A program made the position numbers and the translations under genes. DNA of 14,398 nt from Myxococcota bacterium (lineage in GTDB: Bacteria; Myxococcota; JACRCW01), in contig JBFMGU010000266.1 in assembly GCA_040752415.1 (NCBI GenBank), forward strand, positions 1 to 14,398, read 5' to 3'. Of this stretch, positions 7,127 through 12,905 are shown one piece after another. Numbering within the stretch: position 1 is the stretch's first letter; each line of letters opens with the position of its first letter. Below the pieces are notes generated by a model. The model saw only the letters and a program-made list of their open reading frames with translations, did no database searches and was not told where the DNA came from.

Positions 7127-8345
7127 GGAAGGCTTCCTCGAGCGAGGCGCCCAGGGTCATGCGACGGAAGACCAGGAAGTGATGTCGCGTGTCATGCGGA
7201 CCGGGCGCCGCCTCCGGGTGATACTGCACTGTGAAGGCCCGGTGCTCCGGGAGGTGCAGGCCTTCCACCGTCCCGTCGGAGAGGTTGAGCTCGGAGATGC
7301 GGACGTTCTGCGGCAGGCGGTCCGGATCCACCGCAAAGCCGTGATTCTGGCTGGTCACCTGCACGCGCCCGCTGGTCAGGTCCTGCACCGGCTGGTTGCC
7401 GCCGCGGTGGCCGAACTTCAGCTTGAAGGTGCGCGCCCCGCACGCCAGCGACGTCAGCTGGTGCCCCAGGCAGATCCCGAACATGGGCACCCGTCCCAGC
7501 AACGCGCCCACCTCCCGCACCAGCGACGTGCACGCCGCCGGGTCACCGGGGCCGTTGCTGAGGAAGACGCCGTCGGGCTTGAGCGCCAGCACGTCCGCGG
7601 CCGAGGTCTCCGCCGGCACCACCGTCACCTCGAACCCCGCCGAGACCAGCAGGCGCAGGATGTTGCGCTTCACGCCGTAGTCGTAGGCCACCACGCGCGG
7701 GCGCACCGTGGGCTCAGGCAACACGGGGAAGGGATGCGCCTGGTCCGGCAGCGGTCCCACCCCCTCGGTGAAGACATGGCGCTCCCGACACGTGGCCCGG
7801 CTCACCCACTCCTGCCCGTCCATCTCCGAGAGCGTCCGCGCCCTCTCCACCAGCGCGGCCTCGTCGATGCGCTCTCCCGGCGCGGCGTTGTAGATGATGC
7901 CCGGCATGGCGCCGGCGGTGCGCAGGTGGCGGACCAGCGCGCGCGTGTCCACGCCACACAGCGCGGGGATGCCCCGTTCCGTGAGCCAGGCTTCCAGGCT
8001 GAGGTCGGCGCGCCAGTTGGAGACGGTGAGCGAGCGCGCGCGGACCACCAGCCCGGTGGCGTGGGGACGCGTGGCCTCCAGGTCTGCCAGCGTCACGCCG
8101 TAGTTCCCCACCTGCGTCTGCGTCAGCGTCACAATCTGCCCGGCGTACGAGGGGTCCGTCAGGATCTCCGGGTAGCCGCACAGGCTGGTGTTGAAGACCA
8201 CCTCACCGGTGCCCACGCCCGGGGCGCCAAAGGCCTCACCGCGCAGCACGGTTCCATCCTTGAGCACCAGCGCGCCCTCACGCGGGGCCACGGACGGGAC
8301 AACCTGGGAGCGTGACGACGGAACGTGGGCAGGAGCGTGCATCAT
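7098..8345 (-). CDS. carA: Carbamoyl-phosphate synthase small (glutaminase) subunit
   Basis: LVLKDG, GEVVFNTSLCGYPEILTDPSYAGQIV, YDYGVKRNILR, FLSNGPGDP, catalytic GICLGHQL, KFGHRGGNQPV, TSQNHGFAV, QYHPEAAPGPHD. Start ATG 8345 or 8342, just after the upstream stop at 8353. Confidence 0.97.
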   Translation of the reverse strand: MMHAPAHVPSSRSQVVPSVAPREGALVLKDGTVLRGEAFGAPGVGTGEVVFNTSLCGYPEILTDPSYAGQIVTLTQTQVGNYGVTLADLEATRPHATGLVVRARSLTVSNWRADLSLEAWLTERGIPALCGVDTRALVRHLRTAGAMPGIIYNAAPGERIDEAALVERARTLSEMDGQEWVSRATCRERHVFTEGVGPLPDQAHPFPVLPEPTVRPRVVAYDYGVKRNILRLLVSAGFEVTVVPAETSAADVLALKPDGVFLSNGPGDPAACTSLVREVGALLGRVPMFGICLGHQLTSLACGARTFKLKFGHRGGNQPVQDLTSGRVQVTSQNHGFAVDPDRLPQNVRISELNLSDGTVEGLHLPEHRAFTVQYHPEAAPGPHDTRHHFLVFRRMTLGASLEEAFRESSLSRRA

Positions 8346-8352
8346 GATCCCG

Positions 8353-8736
8353 TCAGAAGTTCTGCTTGAACTTGGTGACAACCGTCCATTTGTAACGCAT
8401 GGTCCGCGCCTTGGAGTCCAGCAGCGGCCAGAACACGTCGCGGCTGTACTCCACGCTCACCTCGACGTTGTCCTTGTTGAGGCGCTTGAGCTTGACCTGG
8501 TTGTCCTGGAGCCGGATGTTGAGCTCGCTCCGCACGTTGCGGAAGAACTCCGCCTTGGCGCGCTCCTCCTGGTCCTCGAAGCGTGCGGCGGCACCGAACA
8601 TGCGCGCGTACGTCTTGAGCTGGTAGTTGTCCATCCACGGCGGGATGAACGTCAGGCCGATGTACGCGCCCACCAGCGCAACCAGGACCATGATGTAGTT
8701 GGAGGTTCTGTTGGAGGCGGCGTTGAGCATGGGCAT
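8353..8736 (-). CDS. Small membrane-anchored protein, DUF4845-like
   Basis: N-terminal hydrophobic helix YIMVLVALVGAYIGLTFIPPWMDNYQLK, then helices and beta strands (VKLKR..VEVSVEYSRDVFWP), the layout of DUF4845 proteins. Start could be 8739, 8736 or 8730. Confidence 0.7.
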   Translation of the reverse strand: MPMLNAASNRTSNYIMVLVALVGAYIGLTFIPPWMDNYQLKTYARMFGAAARFEDQEERAKAEFFRNVRSELNIRLQDNQVKLKRLNKDNVEVSVEYSRDVFWPLLDSKARTMRYKWTVVTKFKQNF

Positions 8737-8756
8737 CACGGGGGTTGAGAGCCTGG

Positions 8757-8785
8757 CGTTTAGCGGGACAGGCGCGGAGGGTCAA
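8757..8785 (-). promoter_or_regulatory. Putative promoter for the DUF4845-like/carA/hypothetical operon
   Basis: Minus strand TTGACC (8785-8780), 17-nt spacer, TAAACG (8762-8757). Confidence 0.3.
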
Positions 8786-8834
8786 ACCACATCTCGCTTG
8801 ACGAGCGCAGCGGACACACCGGACGCTGCGCGGG

Positions 8835-9713
8835 ATGCTGGCTGCGTTTCTCGTGCTGAAGCTTGCCGCCGCGGCGGGCCCTGCGGCGGGCCTTCCGTCC
8901 GACGTGCAGGAGCTCATGGATGACGCCGAGTACCAGAAGGCGCGCAAGCAGATGGACCGCAGCCTGCGCAGCAGCCGGCTCTCCCGTGAGCAACGGGTCA
9001 CCCTCTACGCCGCGCACGCGGTGTGCGACGTGTCCCTGGGCGACGAGGCCGCCGCCGCGCAGAGCTACCAGAAGCTGCTGACGCTGGACCCCGCCTGGCG
9101 CCCCGACGCCGCGCGCACGAGCCCCAAGGTGCTGGAGGTGTACGAGGTGGTGCGCGGGCGGCTGCAGGAGCAGGGTGCGTTGGAGAGCGCCTTCCAGCCG
9201 GAATTCCAGCCCATCCCCGACGCCGCCCCGGGTGAGGACGTGCGGGTGGCGGTGGCGTTCAAGGGGCCGCCCGCGTCGTCGGTGGAGCGGGTGTTCGTGC
9301 GCTACCGCCGGGTGGGCGACGCCTCCTTCGAGAGCGCCGAGCTCAAGCGGGCGGCCAAGGGCAACACATTTGACGGCGTCATCCCGGAGACCTTCCTGCG
9401 CGCCGACGAGGACGACTACGCCGTGGACTACTACCTGGACGCGGAGGACGGCCAGGGAGAGCGCCTCACCGGCGTGGGGACCGCGGTGCTCCCGCTGCAG
9501 TTCCGTGTCACCCGGCCGGAGGCGGCCACGGCGCGTGCGGGCACGTCCCAGGGGGAAGGCGCGGAGCAGGCCAGGCGCGTGGCGGCGGTGGTGGTCCCGG
9601 TGGTGCTGGGGGCCGTCTCCCTGGTGGTGGTGGCAGGGGTGACCGGGGCGGTGCTGGCTTTGACGACGCTGGATCCCGGCGCAACCCACCTCTGGCTGCG
9701 TCGCTTCCAGTAG
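8835..9713 (+). CDS. Exported hypothetical protein with TPR-like repeat, beta-sandwich region and C-terminal hydrophobic helix
   Basis: Signal-like N-terminus (MLAAFLVLKLAAAA), TPR-like helix pair (LGDEAAAAQSYQKLLTLDP..SPKVLEVY), beta-rich segment (RVFVRYRR..FDGVIP..VDYYLDAED) and hydrophobic VAAVVVPVVLGAVSLVVVAGVTGAVLAL. Confidence 0.75.
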   Translation: MLAAFLVLKLAAAAGPAAGLPSDVQELMDDAEYQKARKQMDRSLRSSRLSREQRVTLYAAHAVCDVSLGDEAAAAQSYQKLLTLDPAWRPDAARTSPKVLEVYEVVRGRLQEQGALESAFQPEFQPIPDAAPGEDVRVAVAFKGPPASSVERVFVRYRRVGDASFESAELKRAAKGNTFDGVIPETFLRADEDDYAVDYYLDAEDGQGERLTGVGTAVLPLQFRVTRPEAATARAGTSQGEGAEQARRVAAVVVPVVLGAVSLVVVAGVTGAVLALTTLDPGATHLWLRRFQ

Positions 9714-9714
9714 C

Positions 9715-10161
9715 TCAGCCTTCCGCCTCGTCGACGTCGGCGCCGTGGGAGGTGGAGCCCATCTCCGCGATGTAGGTTTCCAGCAGCTTGCGGTCCTCCG
9801 GCGCGAGCGAGAGGAAGCGCACGCCCATGCCCAGACCCTCCTTGTGGCCGGGGGCGGAGACCACCTGCCCGGCCGTCTCGATGATGCGCTCATGGCCGGG
9901 GATGGAGAACTTCAGGGTCAGCCTGGTGCCCAGCTTGTGGGGGATGGTCTGCTCGAAATAGACGCCGCCCAGGGAGAGGTTGCCCACCCGGCGGAAGTAC
10001 ATGTCCTCGCCCTGGAACTCCTCCATCCACAGGTCCATGGGTGCGCGCACGGAACGACGGCGGTCGGTGGTCCTGCGCTCCGCGCCCCGTCGACGCTCCA
10101 CGGCCACCGTGGCGTTGCCCTTGCGTCTGTCGCGGTTGCGTCGGTCCTTGGGGGAAGTCAT
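9715..10161 (-). CDS. PilZ domain protein (myxobacterial TIGR02266-like) with Arg-rich N-terminus
   Basis: RxxxR (RRSVR) and (D/N)xSxxG (NLSLGG) c-di-GMP motifs, GMGVRF strand. Start ATG 10161 with GGAG SD, 13 nt after the FHA stop. Confidence 0.9.
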   Translation of the reverse strand: MTSPKDRRNRDRRKGNATVAVERRRGAERRTTDRRRSVRAPMDLWMEEFQGEDMYFRRVGNLSLGGVYFEQTIPHKLGTRLTLKFSIPGHERIIETAGQVVSAPGHKEGLGMGVRFLSLAPEDRKLLETYIAEMGSTSHGADVDEAEG

Positions 10162-10174
10162 CCAGCTCTCCGTC

Positions 10175-10513
10175 TCACTGCAGCGCGTCCGGGGGTGCAC
10201 CACCCGGGTCCGGGACCAGCATCATAATCGAGCGGCCGATCAGGATCTTGTCCCCGAGCTTGAGCTCCATGGAATCAATACGCTGACCGTTGACGAATGT
10301 GCCGTTGGTGCTGGCCAGATCCCGGATGTGCACGTGTCCGGCGTGGGTGGTGATGCGCGCGTGCTGACGGCTCACGCCCTCCTCATCCAGCACCACCTCC
10401 AGGGAACCATCCCGGCCAATCAGGATCTCCCCGTCGCGTGCCAATGGCAGCTCACCGCCGCGAAACCTGCCGGCGATGAAACGCAGCGCCACCGCTCCGT
10501 TTGACTGGGTCAA
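10175..10513 (-). CDS. FHA domain protein (single domain)
   Basis: IGR..VSRQHARI..DLASTNGTFVNG..GDKILIG, with all conserved phosphothreonine-binding residues. Start TTG 10513 (GGATGGTG upstream) preferred; ATG 10543 is the alternative. The long ORF-track version crosses the tRNA and is not credible. Confidence 0.9.
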   Translation of the reverse strand: MTQSNGAVALRFIAGRFRGGELPLARDGEILIGRDGSLEVVLDEEGVSRQHARITTHAGHVHIRDLASTNGTFVNGQRIDSMELKLGDKILIGRSIMMLVPDPGGAPPDALQ

Positions 10514-10545
10514 GACAGCACCATCCAGGGCCAGAACCGGCATCC

Positions 10546-10575
10546 AGCCTAGAGCCGGCCTTGGGTGGTGGGCAA
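10546..10575 (-). promoter_or_regulatory. Putative promoter for FHA-PilZ
   Basis: Minus strand TTGCCC (10575-10570), 18-nt spacer, TAGGCT (10551-10546); similar in sequence to the tRNA promoter. Confidence 0.4.
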
Positions 10576-10592
10576 TATTCGTGAGGAGAGAT

Positions 10593-10669
10593 TGGCGCGC
10601 GATACTGGATTCGAACCAGTGGCCTTCGGCTTCGGAGACCGACGCTCTATCCAGCTGAGCTAATCGCGC
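10593..10669 (-). tRNA. tRNA-Arg(CCG)
   Basis: Reverse complement GCGCGATTAGCTCAGCTGGATAGAGCGTCGGTCTCCGAAGCCGAAGGCCACTGGTTCGAATCCAGTATCGCGCGCCA: 7-bp acceptor stem, D arm, anticodon loop CT-CCG-AA, T arm with TTCGAAT, encoded CCA; 77 nt. Confidence 0.97.
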
Positions 10670-10679
10670 GTGGGCGGCG

Positions 10680-10708
10680 TCTATAACCCATGGCCTGGTG
10701 GTCGGCAA
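10680..10708 (-). promoter_or_regulatory. sigma70-type promoter of tRNA-Arg
   Basis: Minus strand TTGCCG (10708-10703), 17-nt spacer, TATAGA (10685-10680), then a GC-rich discriminator (CGCCGCCC) 10 nt before the tRNA 5' end. Confidence 0.65.
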
Positions 10709-10764
10709 TCCCGCCGACACGCCGCGGTTGCCAGGCCCGCTGAGCTTTGGCAAATCAGCGCGCC

Positions 10765-11442
10765 ATGGCCCACCTCCACGCCAAAGCCTCGTGGGTATGC
10801 GCCGTCCTCCTCGCGGTGGCGGCGTGCAAGCCGTCCAGCGAGGGTGCACCGGACGGAAGCGCCAGCGCCGCCCTGCCCCCGCCCCTGACCTTCAGCGCCA
10901 CGGACCAGAACCTGCTGTTCTCCTACGTGGACGAGACGGGCGGCCTGCGCAACGCGGACCGCGTGCAGGACATCCCGGATGATCGACGTCGCAACGTGAT
11001 GGTGGTGGACCTGGCCAAGACGCCGGAGGAGCGGATGGCGGACCGCTACGTCTACTTCTCCGACGTCACCAGCCCCGGCCCCGACGGGAAATACGTGGCC
11101 AGCGTGGTGAGCCGCTACCAGGCACCCACGCTGACGGCACCCGGCCCGGCGGCGGAGCCCACGCCCACGGGAGAGGGGAAGGACGTGGTGGTCTACAGCG
11201 CCGTGTGGTGCGGCTACTGCAAGAAGACCAAGGCGTTCCTCAAGCAGCGCGGCGTGCCTTTCGTGGAGCGGGACGTGGAGAAGGACCCCGGCGCCGACCG
11301 CGAGCTGCAGGCCAAGGCACGCAAGGCCGGCGTGCGCGTCAGCGGCGTCCCGGTCACCGACTTCAAGGGGGAGCTGGTGATGGGCTTTGACCAGGGTCGG
11401 CTGGACACGCTCATCAAGAAGCACGCGGCGGCAGGCCCGTGA
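10765..11442 (+). CDS. Glutaredoxin/NrdH-like domain lipoprotein
   Basis: Lipobox-like VLLAVAAC; DUF4124-like segment (LFSYVDETGGLRNADRVQDIP); C-terminal VVVYSAVWCGYCKKTKAFL..DVEKD..GVPV..GFD glutaredoxin fold with CGYC. Confidence 0.88.
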   Translation: MAHLHAKASWVCAVLLAVAACKPSSEGAPDGSASAALPPPLTFSATDQNLLFSYVDETGGLRNADRVQDIPDDRRRNVMVVDLAKTPEERMADRYVYFSDVTSPGPDGKYVASVVSRYQAPTLTAPGPAAEPTPTGEGKDVVVYSAVWCGYCKKTKAFLKQRGVPFVERDVEKDPGADRELQAKARKAGVRVSGVPVTDFKGELVMGFDQGRLDTLIKKHAAAGP

Positions 11443-11463
11443 CGTTTTCCGTCGTCACGCGGC
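11435..11463. terminator. Possible hairpin between convergent genes
   Basis: CGTGACG (11438-11444) pairs with CGTCACG (11453-11459) around an 8-nt loop, extendable by 3 bp with a bulge. No flanking U-tract. Confidence 0.25.
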
Positions 11464-11465
11464 GC

Positions 11466-12905
11466 CTAGCGGACCTTCTTCATCTCACGCAGGTAGTCGG
11501 GGGCGGCCAGGAAGCCTTCCACGCGCGGGTCGGTGAGCACCTTGCCGGTTGAGTCGATGAAGATGACCGCTGGCAGACCGGTGATGCCGTACTTCTGCCA
11601 CAGCGCGGTCATCTGGTCGGTCATCTCCGTGGAGTCGATCTTCGCGTTCACGAAGCGGCTGGCCTCGGCGATGACGGTGGGGTCGCGGTAGGTGATCTTC
11701 TCCAGCTCCTTGCAGGCCGCACACCAGTCCGCGCCAAAGTCCATCATCACCGGCTTGCCGTCGCGCCTGCCCGCCTCCACGGCGGCGTCATGGCTCGTGA
11801 GCCAGGCAATCTCCCCACCCGCCGACGCCGTGGCCGGCACCGCCTCCACCCAGGACACCAGCGAGAACAACCCCACGCTGGCCAGCGTCACGCCAAAACC
11901 CTTGCGGACCTTGGCCGCGGTGTCGTCGTGGAAGCTCAGGTGGAGCGCGCCCACGCCCACGCCCACCACCAGCAGGATCAGTCCCACCAGCGCCGGGCTG
12001 GGCAACGCGGCCAACGCATCCGCGGCGTGCTGCAACAGCGGGACGTGCGGCTTCACCAGGTAGAGCGCCACGGCGATCATCGAGAGGCCAAGGATGCTCT
12101 TCACCGTCTCCATCCAGCGACCACTCTTGGGCACGCGGGACAACGCGCTGGAGAACGTGCCCAGCACGAGGAAGAGCACGCCCATTCCCAGGCTGTAGGA
12201 GGCCATGAGCGCCACGCCCAGCCCGGGCTTCTGGCTCTTGGAGATGAGGCCCAGGATCACCGCCAACACGGGCCCAGTGCACGGCGCGGCAATCACGCCC
12301 GCGGCCAGGCCCATCACGAAAGCGCCGCGGTAGCCGGAGCCACCCGCCTGCGCCAGACGGTTCTGCAACGACGAGGGCAACGTGATCTCGAACGCGCCGA
12401 ACATGCTGGCGGCCATCACCAGGCACAAGAGGCCAATGGCGCCCACCACGGCGGGCATGGCCATGAGGCTGCCGGAGACCAGGCCCAACGACGCGAACGT
12501 CACGCCCAGGCCCGTGTACAGCACGCTCATGCCCAGCACGTAGAGCGCGCTCAACGAGAAGGCCTTCAGTCGGGACGAGGCCTGGCGCGCGCCGAAGATG
12601 CTGATGGTGATGGGGATCAGCGGGTAGACGCAGGGGGAGAGGCTGGTGAGCAGACCGGCCACGAAGGACAGCGCCCCTGCGGCAATCCCGTTGTCACGAC
12701 ACAACGCCGCCAGCAGGCGCGCCTTGATCATGACGTCGGCGGCGGCACCCTCGGCGGCGGCGGGCTCGGTGCATTCCCCGTCGGGCGAGGCGGCGGCGGT
12801 GATTCCGGCAAGCGGAAGGCTCGCGGCCAGCGCGTAGGTGGGCCAGGCGCTGGTCAGCACCAGCACGCCCAACGCCATCATTGCCCCCAGCATCCGTTGC
12901 ATCAT
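11466..12905 (-). CDS. dsbD: Protein-disulfide reductase DsbD family (transmembrane plus thioredoxin domains, no Ig-like alpha domain)
   Basis: TM domain with the two catalytic Cys motifs LTSLSPCVYPLIPI and AAPCTGP, plus PKSGRWM; C-terminal thioredoxin fold KPVMMDFGADWCAACKELE..ITGLP. ATGA overlap with the upstream TPR gene. Confidence 0.88.
   Translation of the reverse strand: MMQRMLGAMMALGVLVLTSAWPTYALAASLPLAGITAAASPDGECTEPAAAEGAAADVMIKARLLAALCRDNGIAAGALSFVAGLLTSLSPCVYPLIPITISIFGARQASSRLKAFSLSALYVLGMSVLYTGLGVTFASLGLVSGSLMAMPAVVGAIGLLCLVMAASMFGAFEITLPSSLQNRLAQAGGSGYRGAFVMGLAAGVIAAPCTGPVLAVILGLISKSQKPGLGVALMASYSLGMGVLFLVLGTFSSALSRVPKSGRWMETVKSILGLSMIAVALYLVKPHVPLLQHAADALAALPSPALVGLILLVVGVGVGALHLSFHDDTAAKVRKGFGVTLASVGLFSLVSWVEAVPATASAGGEIAWLTSHDAAVEAGRRDGKPVMMDFGADWCAACKELEKITYRDPTVIAEASRFVNAKIDSTEMTDQMTALWQKYGITGLPAVIFIDSTGKVLTDPRVEGFLAAPDYLREMKKVR

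Noticed and set aside
8310..8323. 14-nt match GCGTGACGACGGAA to the reverse complement of 11447-11460
   Set aside because: Only two copies, one inside carA coding sequence; matches of this length are expected by chance in 14 kb of GC-rich DNA.
5141..10161. HD-GYP and PilZ genes as one c-di-GMP gene cluster
   Set aside because: They are separated by unrelated genes on mixed strands, and such domains are abundant in myxobacterial genomes, so proximity alone is weak.
10501..10513. TTGAC-N3-GTCAA palindrome (also GTCAA-N12-TTGAC at 8781-8802) as the same operator as 414-430 or an FNR box
   Set aside because: Spacings and orientation differ between copies and do not fit the FNR TTGAT-N4-ATCAA consensus; the half-sites also equal -35 boxes.
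10593..10669. tRNA-Arg as integration site of an island or prophage
   Set aside because: No integrase and no duplicated tRNA 3' end seen in the window; flanking genes look native in composition.
10701..10753. Short inverted repeats GTCGGC-N6-GCCGAC and TTGCCA-N14-TGGCAA between tRNA and lipoprotein gene
   Set aside because: 6-bp arms are too short to distinguish from chance or from back-to-back -35 elements.
10544..10849. N-terminal extension of the FHA ORF (10175..10849)
   Set aside because: It runs through the tRNA and overlaps the opposite-strand lipoprotein gene; chance open frame.
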